Assembly: GCA_021788645.1 (NCBI GenBank)
Contig: JAJYKK010000006.1
Coordinates: 6,022-70,021 of the forward strand
Origin: Pseudomonadota bacterium
Lineage (GTDB): Bacteria > Pseudomonadota > Gammaproteobacteria > Burkholderiales > JAKAFK01
Direction of reading: 5' to 3'
Length of the DNA: 64,000 bases
The notes beneath the pieces were generated by a model. It was given only the letters and a program-made list of their open reading frames with translations, was not told the DNA's origin and did not search any database. Every line of letters begins with the position of its first letter. Position 1 is the stretch's first letter. Below, one piece after another: positions 46,567-55,521 of the stretch. The translations under genes and the position numbers were made by a program.

Positions 46567-47133
46567 ATGGCCCGTGCACGGACAGCGGCGCCGATCGCGG
46601 CATGCCTTTCCATCTGTCGCATGGCCCTCAAGCCGGGCTGGCGGTTCCTGGCAAACAGCCGCCGCGCAGCTCCGCGAACCCGCAGTTCAGCCGCCACCCG
46701 CGTGCGGGCGGGGCTCCGCTTCGGGCTGCTTCTCCTGGGCGGCCTCTCGGCCGTGGCAACCTCTTGCGCCAACGTCGGCGCCCCATCTCGAGGGAACGGG
46801 GTACTCACCCCGATGGTGGCCTCCCTTTGCGCCTGCGCGAAGCAAGGCACCGCGCCGACGCGGTGCGGCGGCGTTCCCCGCAACCTGATCCGCACCGATG
46901 CCGCCGGGCGAATTCAGGTGGACGCCGCCTATTCTTGCAGCATTAACGCGCCAACCCACGCCGCGAAGGCTGCGGGTCTGCAGATCTCGGCGCAAGTCCA
47001 TGCCGCGCCGTTTTGTGTCATGGAGGGCTGGATCGAGCCCGCCAGGCTCGCAACGCTGGCGCGTGTCCCGGGGATAAGAACCATCTCGTTGCCGAATTAT
47101 GCAAGGGCCCGGGACCAAAAGATGCGTCGGTAG
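46567..47133 (+). CDS. Small secreted protein paralogous to the N-terminal domain of the adjacent protease
   Basis: The frame is supported by 30/72 ungapped identities (hand alignment) between its C-terminal domain and residues of the downstream protease. The start is uncertain: ATG at 46567, ATG at 46621, or GTG at 46702. The GTG gives a signal-peptide-like RAGLRFGLLLLGGLSAVATSC. The ORF ends 22 nt before the protease ATG. Confidence 0.55.
   Translation: MARARTAAPIAACLSICRMALKPGWRFLANSRRAAPRTRSSAATRVRAGLRFGLLLLGGLSAVATSCANVGAPSRGNGVLTPMVASLCACAKQGTAPTRCGGVPRNLIRTDAAGRIQVDAAYSCSINAPTHAAKAAGLQISAQVHAAPFCVMEGWIEPARLATLARVPGIRTISLPNYARARDQKMRR
46897..47112 (+). repeat. Copy 1 of a ~72-aa paralogous two-Cys domain (in the small ORF)
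   Basis: DAAGRIQVDAAYSCSINAPTHAAKAAGLQISAQVHAAPFCVMEGWIEPARLATLARVPGIRTISLPNYARAR. Confidence 0.75.
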
Positions 47134-47155
47134 CGAACCTAAGGGAGAGAAAATC

Positions 47156-49441
47156 ATGACCCTGGCAGGCCCAGTGGGGGCCGTCGTGGAAATCCTCGTG
47201 GCGGCTTGCCTGCTTGCCCTCCTGGCACCGGCCCAAGTTGCCTTTGCCAGCGCCTGGCAAGCGCACATTTCGACACGCCTATCGGCTGAACTGCAGCGGG
47301 AAGGCATCATCCCCTCGACCGTTGCGCCCGCCGCCCGCCGGACCCTGTCCGTAGGCGGCGCCCGCTTCGACGCGGCGGGCGGCATCCAGGTGGACATTTC
47401 CCATCCATGCGGACAGCCCGTCGACGCAGGGTCGCTGGCCGCCGCCGGCTTTCATGTCAGCGCCACCGCATCGGCACCTCCCTTTTGCGTCGTGGAAGGG
47501 TGGGTCAGTGCGAGCAGCGTGCCGTATCTCGCGAGCCTGTCCAACGTCACGCTGATGGACCTGCCGCACTATGCGCGCGTCAGGGGCGGTGCGTCTTTCT
47601 CGCCTCGAACGGGCGGCGGTGTCGCGACGATGGCCGGCACGACCCCGATTGACGGGAATGGCGTGAGCATCATGAACGCCGACCTCTACGCCTCCAGCAC
47701 GGGCATCAACGGGAGCGGCGTAACCGTGGGCGTCATCTCTGACGATGATACGAGCCTCGCCACCATACAAGGCCGAGGAGAACTGCCGGGCAATATCACG
47801 AATTATTGCAGCGCCGCAGATCCTTGCAGCGGGTCGACTTTCACCAACACGAACCTGACCCCCACCGATGAAGGCACGATGATGCTCGAGGAAGTGCATG
47901 CCGTGGCCCCTGGCGCGGCACTCGCCTTCTGCGGCCCCCAGACCGATGTCGAGTACGTCCAATGCCTGCAGGCCTTCGCGAACGCCCACGTCAACATCGT
48001 GGCCGACGACCTGGGGTTTCTGGGCGAGGACATCATGTCCAACCAAAGCACATTTACCCAAGGCGTCCAGAACGTCCTGCAAGGCGATTCAGCCCTCACC
48101 CTGTTCAGCGCATCGGGTAACAACGAGGCCGGCTACTGGGAGGGCAATTACGCGCCGACACAGAATACAACAGGCCTCACGCTCACCTGCAATGGGCACA
48201 CGGACGCCTATGTGGAAAATTTCGGAAGCGCCGTTTTCGACCCCTACACCTTCTACAACGACTCATGGGGCGTGTTCCTCGAATGGGATGATCCTTACTC
48301 GAGCAACATCAGCAACTTTGACCTCTACGTCGTCGACCCGTCGAACCACAACGCCATCGTTGGCTGCGTGAGCGGAAGCAGCCAGGCCGATCCGGTGGAT
48401 GCGCTGTGGGCGAATGGGCAGTTCACTGCCGGCAAGACCTATGATATCTACATTGGCAACGACGGATCGTTGGCTGGGAAATTTCTCAAGCTCGACATCA
48501 TGGCCGACGGGGCGAGCTCGTTGGGTACGACCAGCACGGGGGGACTGGATTCGCCCCAGCAATTTGCGATCGGCGATCAGCCCATCGGGGCGGTCAATGG
48601 TTCCGACGGGGTCGGTGCGAGCATCGAGCCATACAGCCAGCAAGGGCCTATCAATCTCGCGTTTTGGAACTCAAGCACGACCCTGAGCAACCCGCTCCAA
48701 CAGATCGATGCACCGGTGCTCGTCGCCCCCGATGGGATCTACGTCGACAATTCGGGAACCGACTTCTCGACCAATATGTTTTTTGGGACATCTGCGGCCA
48801 CACCCAATGCCGCTGCATCGCTGGCGTTGCTCGAAGGCGCCTTCAAAAGTCTGTCCGCCAGCCAACTCATGGGAGACCTGGAGCAGGGTGCCTATCCGCT
48901 CAGTCCCCCATGGAACGGCACATTCGGTTATGGGCGCGTCGATGTGTGGAATGCGCGCCAACAGATTTCGCTGCCCACCGTTAGTCCCATCAAGAACCTC
49001 ACGATGACCGATGGGCAAAGCGCAAGCACCTCGGTCATGGTCAGCGGAACAGCACCTCTGACGATCAGCGTGTCATCGGCCAACAGCATCCTCATCCCCG
49101 CCGCGAACGTTGCGCTCTCCCCATCCAATTGCGGGCAGTCGGGATACAGCAACAACTGCAGTCTCACGATAACGCCCGTCTCGGGGCAAAGCGGCACCAC
49201 CAACCTCACCGTCACCGTCGCCAACAGTTCCAACGAATCGCAGGCGACAACCTTCACCGTGACCGTCGACCCGCCTGCCCTCACGGGTGGAAGCGCAGGC
49301 GGCGGGGGCGGCGGCGGGGGCGGGTGTACCCTCGGGCACGCAGGGCGTCCTGATCCTGTGCTTCCGCTCCTGGTCATCGCCGCTCTCTTCGGGCGCCTGA
49401 GACGACGCCTCCGGCCACACGGCAACGGCAGCCCGAAATAG
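47156..49441 (+). CDS. Subtilase-superfamily (S8/S53-like) serine peptidase with N-terminal two-Cys domain, Ig-like domain and C-terminal Gly9-Cys sorting signal
   Basis: The ORF is trimmed to the ATG at 47156, preceded by GGGAGAG. The signal peptide is MTLAGPVGAVVEILVAACLLALLAPAQVAFA. Peptidase motifs are GVTVGVISDDD, DEGTMMLEEVHAVAPGAAL, FSASGNNEAG and FFGTSAATPNAAASLALL. Confidence 0.85.
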   Translation: MTLAGPVGAVVEILVAACLLALLAPAQVAFASAWQAHISTRLSAELQREGIIPSTVAPAARRTLSVGGARFDAAGGIQVDISHPCGQPVDAGSLAAAGFHVSATASAPPFCVVEGWVSASSVPYLASLSNVTLMDLPHYARVRGGASFSPRTGGGVATMAGTTPIDGNGVSIMNADLYASSTGINGSGVTVGVISDDDTSLATIQGRGELPGNITNYCSAADPCSGSTFTNTNLTPTDEGTMMLEEVHAVAPGAALAFCGPQTDVEYVQCLQAFANAHVNIVADDLGFLGEDIMSNQSTFTQGVQNVLQGDSALTLFSASGNNEAGYWEGNYAPTQNTTGLTLTCNGHTDAYVENFGSAVFDPYTFYNDSWGVFLEWDDPYSSNISNFDLYVVDPSNHNAIVGCVSGSSQADPVDALWANGQFTAGKTYDIYIGNDGSLAGKFLKLDIMADGASSLGTTSTGGLDSPQQFAIGDQPIGAVNGSDGVGASIEPYSQQGPINLAFWNSSTTLSNPLQQIDAPVLVAPDGIYVDNSGTDFSTNMFFGTSAATPNAAASLALLEGAFKSLSASQLMGDLEQGAYPLSPPWNGTFGYGRVDVWNARQQISLPTVSPIKNLTMTDGQSASTSVMVSGTAPLTISVSSANSILIPAANVALSPSNCGQSGYSNNCSLTITPVSGQSGTTNLTVTVANSSNESQATTFTVTVDPPALTGGSAGGGGGGGGGCTLGHAGRPDPVLPLLVIAALFGRLRRRLRPHGNGSPK
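47369..47584 (+). repeat. Copy 2 of the ~72-aa paralogous two-Cys domain (protease N-terminus)
   Basis: DAAGGIQVDISHPCGQPVDAGSLAAAGFHVSATASAPPFCVVEGWVSASSVPYLASLSNVTLMDLPHYARVR. Confidence 0.75.
49286..49438 (+). other. C-terminal sorting signal of a different class (Gly9-Cys, hydrophobic helix, Arg cluster)
   Basis: GGSAGGGGGGGGGCTLGHAGRPDPVLPLLVIAALFGRLRRRLRPHGNGSPK is tripartite, but it has a poly-Gly/Cys signature instead of a P-x-P motif. Confidence 0.7.
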
Positions 49442-50012
49442 CGTCATGGAGGACAGATCGAAGGGCACTCGCTGAAAAGCCGTGGGCATGCGCGTCAGCC
49501 GTTGGCGCGTCGCGGGCGCCCAGCCCTCCATCGCCGCGGATACCCGCATCATCGCGGAGCCCTAGGTACCGAGCACATGGGGCACCGCGCATGGCGGCAC
49601 CATAACATCGTCGGCAAACGGCTCGTCACGGTCGATCCGGGTTTCGATCCGGATGCCGGCACGGCGGTCACAGGCCCCATCAACCCCATGTCTCGCGCGG
49701 CAATTCGGACCTCGCGGCCGACGGCGTCCACGGGCCGCCGCGCGGGGCAGTGAACCTCTCGGGGAACAATGCCTTCTGCGCCGTGTCACCCGGCGCGCCG
49801 CGCCAGGGGCGCAGACTCTTCCTTGATCCAGGGCAGGCTTGCCCGCTCTGGCCGATGCGGCGGCACCACGAGCGGCACACCGATTGCAGGGACGGCACCC
49901 GACAGCCCTGGCCGCCCGATGGGCTCGTCACACACATCGCGCCATGGACGCCGCCTTCCCTTAAGGGGGAACGGTTCCGTTGATCGGCCATGCGACCCGC
50001 GGGAAGTTCGGC

Positions 50013-50903
50013 CTAGTAGGTGTAACGCAGCCCCAATGCGCAACTCGCGATTGCCGTCGTGCTGCTTGGCTCGACCATCACCATGGCGAGGTAGGTGGTC
50101 CCGGAATACAGCCAACCCTGGCTGCTGGCGCCATACTCGAACCGGCTATACGCCAGCTTTGCGAACGCATGGAGCCGCCGCCCCAAGGCGACATCGGCGC
50201 CGATCTCGGCCCTATAGTAGGGCGCAGGTCCGAGCCGCATGGTCGTCTGGCCCAGGCCCGCCCTCGCCATGTCGACGGTGATGCGGGCATCCGCCGTGCG
50301 GCCCGCCGCAACGGCACCGGACAGAATCCATCGGGCGCCGGCCGCATACTGCACCCGGACCCCGAGACCGTAGAAGGCGTTGCGATACGTCTCCTGATAG
50401 CCCCATTCCCCAGACAGCGTCCGATCCCACTCGTGCAGTCCCAATTCCAGGTAGGGTGTCAGCAGCACCTGCGCGGACGGCACGAACCCCTGGCCCAACC
50501 GGAAAATCCCATCTTTGAATCTTGCCCGCGAGGTGTTGTGCAGAGACTCCAGAACCTGGCCTTGCAGGGTCTGCAGCGCACCATCATAGTGAAGCCCCCC
50601 GGCAGTCTCGCGATAAGCCACATGCAGGTAGAACCCGCGGACAACCCCGGCGTGGCGATGCACCCGAACCGGCATGCGCAGCGCGCCCATCCAAGACAAT
50701 CCGAGTTCGCCGCCGCGCAGCGCGCCGTTTTCCGTATCCAGATAGGCCCCGTTGCGCATCTCGCCGTAGTGCACTTCGCTTAGGGCATACGACGCTTCAA
50801 CGGCATTGTTGGCTTCGATCAAGCGGGCCGCGGACGTATCCGTCGCGGCCCGGGCCGCGACGGACGCAAGAAGCAAGAACGCAAGGCAGCACTTCGCGAG
50901 CAT
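50013..50903 (-). CDS. Outer-membrane beta-barrel protein (family not recognised)
   Basis: 296 aa. It has a signal peptide (MLAKCCLAFLLLASVAARA), alternating amphipathic strands, and a C-terminal aromatic end ...ALGLRYTY. Confidence 0.6.
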   Translation of the reverse strand: MLAKCCLAFLLLASVAARAATDTSAARLIEANNAVEASYALSEVHYGEMRNGAYLDTENGALRGGELGLSWMGALRMPVRVHRHAGVVRGFYLHVAYRETAGGLHYDGALQTLQGQVLESLHNTSRARFKDGIFRLGQGFVPSAQVLLTPYLELGLHEWDRTLSGEWGYQETYRNAFYGLGVRVQYAAGARWILSGAVAAGRTADARITVDMARAGLGQTTMRLGPAPYYRAEIGADVALGRRLHAFAKLAYSRFEYGASSQGWLYSGTTYLAMVMVEPSSTTAIASCALGLRYTY

Positions 50904-51181
50904 GGGGCATGCGACTCATCATGGCGGCTTGGCTCCCTGGAATGCCCCTCGTCTCCAGGGTCCGCCGTCGCAACCATGCGTGCCGAAGCACGCGACACAG
51001 GCCAGGAAGGGGTCAGTGAAGATAAGGATGGCTTCTATGGCTTGCACAGGGCAAGCACTCTTCTCGATCTTTCTGCCACTATAGTGCACAGCACTGGAAT
51101 CTCAACCAAGGGAGGAGCGACGGGCGGGCCGTCTTGCGGAAATGCCGCGGGACGCAGGCGAACCGGGAACGGCCCGCCGGA

Positions 51182-52429
51182 TCAGAGGTCGGGCAGATGC
51201 TCGAGCGCGAAGAGCGCTTCGGCACGCTCCCGCGCCCGGATCAGGTGGGTGCGTGTGCCGTCGACCAGGACTTCGGCCGCTCGCGGGCGCGTGTTGTAGT
51301 TGGAACTCATGCTCATGCCATAGGCCCCGGCCGACAGGATCGCAAGGCAATCGCGCTCCTCGATCGCCAACTCCCGGTCATGGCCCAGGAAGTCGCCGCT
51401 TTCGCAGACCGGCCCCACCACTTCGTAGCGACTCGCGGCCCGCGCCCGGGCATGCACCGGGACGATCTCGTGGTAGGCATCGTACAGCGCCGGACGCATC
51501 AGATCGTTCATGGCGGCGTCGACGATGGCGAAATTGCGCCCTTCCCCGCGCTTCAGGTATTCCACCTTGGTGAGCAAAAGACCCGCATTGCCGACAAGTG
51601 CCCGGCCGGGCTCCAAGAGAATGCGCTGCGGGCGCCCGTTGAGGCGCCCCAGCAGGGCCTGGGCATAGCGCCCGATGTCGGGCGGCGTCTCGTCGCGATA
51701 GCGGATGCCCACCCCGCCCCCTAGATCCAGATGGGTGATCTCGATGTCCTCGCGCGCCAGGAGATCGACCAGGGCAAGAACCTTGTCAAGGGCGTCGACG
51801 AAGGGCTCAATGTCGATGAGCTGAGAGCCGATATGACAATCGATGCCGCGGATGGCCACGTGCTTGAGCGCTCGCGCCGTGCGATACAGCGCCAACGCCT
51901 CGGCGTAGGGGACCCCGAACTTGTTTTCCTTGAGCCCGGTGGCGATGTAGGGGTGGGTCTTGGCATCCACGTCGGGATTTACGCGCAACGAAATCGGCGC
52001 CACGCGCCCAAGCGCTCCGGCGAGCGCCTCGATGCGGTGCAGCTCGGCTGCGGATTCGACGTTAAAGCAGAGAATATCTGCCGCAAGCGCATCGCGAATT
52101 TCCGCTTCACTCTTGCCCACGCCGGAGAAAACGATTTTTCGGGGGTCTCCGCCGGCGGCGAGCACGCGCTTCAGTTCGCCGCCCGAAACGATGTCAAACC
52201 CGCTCCCGAGCCGAGCGAAGAGGTTGAGGATCGCCAGGTTCGAATTCGCCTTGACGGCATAGCAGATCAGCGGGTCATGCCCGGCGAACGCTTGGGAAAA
52301 AGCTTGATAGGCCTCGGTCAAGGCCGCACGCGAATAGACATAGCAAGGCGTGCCAAACTGCGCCTCGATCCTCGACAGAGGCACGGATTCGGCGCACAGT
52401 TCGCCGTCGATCGCGCGCAGCCAGTTCAT
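51182..52429 (-). CDS. lysA: Diaminopimelate decarboxylase
   Basis: 415 aa. FGTPCYVYSRAAL...ICYAVKANSNLAILNLFARLGSGFDIVSGGEL...HIGSQ... is canonical LysA. Confidence 0.96.
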   Translation of the reverse strand: MNWLRAIDGELCAESVPLSRIEAQFGTPCYVYSRAALTEAYQAFSQAFAGHDPLICYAVKANSNLAILNLFARLGSGFDIVSGGELKRVLAAGGDPRKIVFSGVGKSEAEIRDALAADILCFNVESAAELHRIEALAGALGRVAPISLRVNPDVDAKTHPYIATGLKENKFGVPYAEALALYRTARALKHVAIRGIDCHIGSQLIDIEPFVDALDKVLALVDLLAREDIEITHLDLGGGVGIRYRDETPPDIGRYAQALLGRLNGRPQRILLEPGRALVGNAGLLLTKVEYLKRGEGRNFAIVDAAMNDLMRPALYDAYHEIVPVHARARAASRYEVVGPVCESGDFLGHDRELAIEERDCLAILSAGAYGMSMSSNYNTRPRAAEVLVDGTRTHLIRARERAEALFALEHLPDL

Positions 52430-52542
52430 TGCTGGACAGCCTTGTGGGCAGGCGCGTGCGGCGGGGGAAGGTACAGCGGGCCTTTGATCCCGCAGCCTTG
52501 CAGCGCCACCGCGACCAAGGCTAGCAAACAGGCGAGCCGCAT
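52426..52542 (-). CDS. lptM: Small lipoprotein LptM (YifL family)
   Basis: Below the ORF-track size cutoff. Hand translation gives MRLACLLALVAVALQGCGIKGPLYLPPPHAPAHKAVQQ*. The lipobox plus GCG-x-KGPLY-[LF]-P signature is present, its stop overlaps the lysA ATG (ATGA), and it lies between cyaY and lysA as in other proteobacteria. Confidence 0.75.
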   Translation of the reverse strand: MRLACLLALVAVALQGCGIKGPLYLPPPHAPAHKAVQQ

Positions 52543-52595
52543 TGTATTCTTCCTATCCTTTAAAGAAGCGGGATCATAGCACAAAGGCGCGACCC

Positions 52596-52928
52596 ATGAC
52601 GCAGAGCGAATATGAGCAGCAAGCCGAGGAAACCCTGAACGCGATCGAGGAAGCGCTCGAGGCGGCGGACACGGACGACGTCGACTATGAACGCAGGGCG
52701 GCAGGCATCCTCGAGCTCGAATTCGGGGACGGCTCGAAGATCATCATCAACCGACAAAGTGCGACGCAGGAAATCTGGGTCGCGGCCCGCGCGGGCGGCT
52801 TTCATTTCCGGTGGACGGGGCAGGCGTGGGAAGACACCCGCGACGGCACGGAACTCTTCCGCGCGCTGGAGCGCCTCGCCAGCAGCCAGGCAGGCGCCGC
52901 CGTCGAGCTGACTCGCGGCCGACCCTAG
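52596..52928 (+). CDS. cyaY: Frataxin-like iron-sulfur cluster assembly protein CyaY
   Basis: The ORF is trimmed to the ATG at 52596. MTQSEYEQQAEETLNAIEEALEAA...GILELEFGDGSKIIINRQSATQEIWVAARAGGFHF is present. Confidence 0.9.
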   Translation: MTQSEYEQQAEETLNAIEEALEAADTDDVDYERRAAGILELEFGDGSKIIINRQSATQEIWVAARAGGFHFRWTGQAWEDTRDGTELFRALERLASSQAGAAVELTRGRP

Positions 52929-52987
52929 CGCTTCTGGCGCGGGTGCGCCGGACAAACCTGCCCCGGTCCACAGGCTGCTGTTGCTTG

Positions 52988-54406
52988 TCAGCCGCCCGCC
53001 GCAAGCCGCTGCCTGGCTCGGGCGATGGCTGCCCGCACCTGCACGGGAGCCGTTCCGCCCACGTGGTTGCGGGCGTCAAGCGCGCCTTCGAGCGTTAGCA
53101 CCTGATACACGTCCGCCTCGATCTTGTCGCAAAAACCCCGCAAGGTCTCGAGCGGGAGGTCGGCGAGATCGCAGCCCTGGGCCTCCGCATGGCGCACGGC
53201 ACGCGCCACGGCCTCATGCGCATCCCGAAAAGGCACGCCCCGCTTGACCAGGTAATCCGCGAGGTCGGTGGCCGTGGCAAAGCCCTGCCGGGCGGCGGCT
53301 CGCATGGCCTCGGGGTGCACCGTGATGCCGCGCAGCATGTCGGCAAGGATGGCCAGCGTCTGCGCCAGCGTATCGACCACGTCGAACAGGGGCTCCTTGT
53401 CTTCCTGATTGTCCTTGTTATAGGCCAGGGGCTGCGACTTCATGAGCATGAGGAGCGCCATCAGGTGGCCCACCACCCGCCCGGTCTTGCCTCTGATCAG
53501 CTCCGGCACGTCGGGATTCTTCTTCTGCGGCATGATGGACGACCCGGTGCAGAAGCGGTCAGCAAGGTCGATGAAGCCGAAACGCGGGCTCATCCAGAGA
53601 ATAAGCTCTTCCGACATGCGCGAGAGGTGCACCATGAGCAACGAGGCGGCGCCGGAAAATTCGATGGCGAAATCCCGGTCCGAGACGGCATCGAGGGAGT
53701 TCTCGCAGACCCCGTCGAAGCCCAGCTCGCGCGCGACCATCTCCCGATCGATGGGGTAGCTCGTCCCGGCCAGGGCGGCAGCCCCCAGCGGCAACCGGTT
53801 CATGCGGGTCCGGCAGTCGACGAGCCGGCCGATGTCGCGATCGAGCATCTCGAAGTAGGCCATCAGATGGTGACCGAAGCTGACCGGCTGGGCGACCTGC
53901 AGATGGGTAAAGCCCGGCATCACGGTGGCCGCATGGTGCTCCGCCAGATCCAGAAGGGCGACCTGCACGCGCCGGGCGAGCTCCGCCAGGTCATCGAGCG
54001 CCTCGCGCAGGAAAAGGCGCACGTCGGTCGCCACCTGGTCATTGCGCGAGCGGCCGGTATGCAGGCGCTTGCCCGCCTCGCCGATGCGCTCGGTCAGGCG
54101 CCGCTCGATGTTCAGGTGCACGTCCTCAAGATCCAGCGACCATTCGAAACGCCCGGCGCGAACGTCGTCTGCGACCGACGACAGGCCTCGCTCAATCGCC
54201 TCCCAATCCTCGCGGCTCAAGATGCCCACGGCATGCAGCATGCGCGCATGCGCCACCGAGCCGCGGATATCGAACAAGGCCAGGCGCCGGTCGAAGCCGA
54301 CCGATGCGGTGTAGCGCTTGACGATCTCGGCCACGGGTTCGCCGAAGCGTCCCGACCACGTGCCGCCCGCTTGCGGGACCGGCGCGTTCGTTTCGTTGTC
54401 TTGCAT
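52988..54406 (-). CDS. argH: Argininosuccinate lyase
   Basis: 472 aa. [23 protein letters not shown]...[14 protein letters not shown]...[20 protein letters not shown] is present. Confidence 0.97.
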   Translation of the reverse strand: MQDNETNAPVPQAGGTWSGRFGEPVAEIVKRYTASVGFDRRLALFDIRGSVAHARMLHAVGILSREDWEAIERGLSSVADDVRAGRFEWSLDLEDVHLNIERRLTERIGEAGKRLHTGRSRNDQVATDVRLFLREALDDLAELARRVQVALLDLAEHHAATVMPGFTHLQVAQPVSFGHHLMAYFEMLDRDIGRLVDCRTRMNRLPLGAAALAGTSYPIDREMVARELGFDGVCENSLDAVSDRDFAIEFSGAASLLMVHLSRMSEELILWMSPRFGFIDLADRFCTGSSIMPQKKNPDVPELIRGKTGRVVGHLMALLMLMKSQPLAYNKDNQEDKEPLFDVVDTLAQTLAILADMLRGITVHPEAMRAAARQGFATATDLADYLVKRGVPFRDAHEAVARAVRHAEAQGCDLADLPLETLRGFCDKIEADVYQVLTLEGALDARNHVGGTAPVQVRAAIARARQRLAAGG

Positions 54407-54489
54407 GGAAGAGGGGCCTTGTTCAGAATATATGACAATGTCGACCGTGCGGCGCCGCCAGCGGCGCCCCCTGCGATCGACGGCGCTGC

Positions 54490-55521
54490 ATGGGAGCGGA
54501 AGTGGCGATTATAAATCAAAAAGGACCTGCGCATGCCCTGCCCGATTTCTGCAATATGGGCGTCGCGTTGCGCATACTCGTAGCCGTCAACGGCGGGGCG
54601 GTCCTCGGTGCGGCCCTCATGGCGAGATCGGCGGCCGGGGTCTGGGAGGCGCTCACGGCCATCTCCGGGCTGCTGCAGCCGATCCTGCTTTTGAGCCTCC
54701 TCACGCTGTGCGCCTCGCGCCGCATCCTCAGACGGCTGCCCTACTTCCTGGGGGTGGGCGCGATCCTGGCGATCGAGCTGTTGCTGACCGGTCTCGTCAC
54801 GGCGGCGGGCCATGCTCTCCTGGCCGGCGACGAAGCGCTGGCCCTCTGGCACAACGGGCTTGCCTGCCTGGCGGCGACGGGAGGGCTGCTCGCCTACTTC
54901 GATCTGCGCGCGCGCGCCCTCTCGCCGGCCCTGAGCGAGGCGAAGCTGCAGGCCCTGCAGGCCCGCATACGGCCGCACTTCCTGTTCAATAGCCTGAACG
55001 CGGTGCTCAGCCTCATCCGCAGCGACCCCAGGCTCGCCGAGAAGGCGCTCCAGGACATGGCCGACCTGTTTCGTGCGGTGATGGCGGACAGCAGCGAGCT
55101 CGTCCCTCTCGAACGCGAGCTCGCCTTGTGCTCGGAATATCTCGAGCTCGAACAGCTGCGCCTGGGCGAGCGCCTGCAAGTGGCCTGGCACCTGGATAAG
55201 CGGCCCATCGATGCGCTGGTGCCCCCGCTCATCCTGCAACCCCTGCTGGAAAACGCGGTGTACCACGGGATCGAACCCTCCAGCGCGCCCGGGAGCATCA
55301 CCGTCAACGTCTACCACGCCCGCAATCAAGTCCACATGGTCCTGCGCAACCCTTACAACGCGGGGACAGGCGGCCACCATGCCGGCAACAAGATGGCGCT
55401 GCAGAATATCCGCGAACGCTTGGCCCTGCACTTCGACGCCGAGGGGACGCTGCGCACCCAGGTCACCGGGACGGCTTATCAGGTGCATGTCGCCATCCCC
55501 TACCTGAGGGCCCGGCCATGA
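54490..55521 (+). CDS. algZ: LytS/AlgZ(FimS)-family sensor histidine kinase
   Basis: 343 aa. It has the LPDFC N-terminal motif, four TM segments, and the His_kinase motif [21 protein letters not shown] followed by an ATPase domain. Confidence 0.85.
   Translation: MGAEVAIINQKGPAHALPDFCNMGVALRILVAVNGGAVLGAALMARSAAGVWEALTAISGLLQPILLLSLLTLCASRRILRRLPYFLGVGAILAIELLLTGLVTAAGHALLAGDEALALWHNGLACLAATGGLLAYFDLRARALSPALSEAKLQALQARIRPHFLFNSLNAVLSLIRSDPRLAEKALQDMADLFRAVMADSSELVPLERELALCSEYLELEQLRLGERLQVAWHLDKRPIDALVPPLILQPLLENAVYHGIEPSSAPGSITVNVYHARNQVHMVLRNPYNAGTGGHHAGNKMALQNIRERLALHFDAEGTLRTQVTGTAYQVHVAIPYLRARP

Noticed and set aside
49298-49324. GGN x9 tract as a possible phase-variation switch
   Set aside because: It is an imperfect trinucleotide repeat, so slippage would stay in frame and only change the Gly count. 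It is better explained as part of the sorting signal.
49634-49654. gg-ttcgat-cc-like string resembling a tRNA T-arm
   Set aside because: It is a short direct repeat (tcgatccgg twice), not an inverted repeat. No acceptor or anticodon stems could be built around it.
54217-55488. 423-aa minus-strand ORF spanning the argH start and algZ
   Set aside because: It is antisense to algZ and out of frame with argH. It has no motifs and Arg/Gly/Gln-rich composition.
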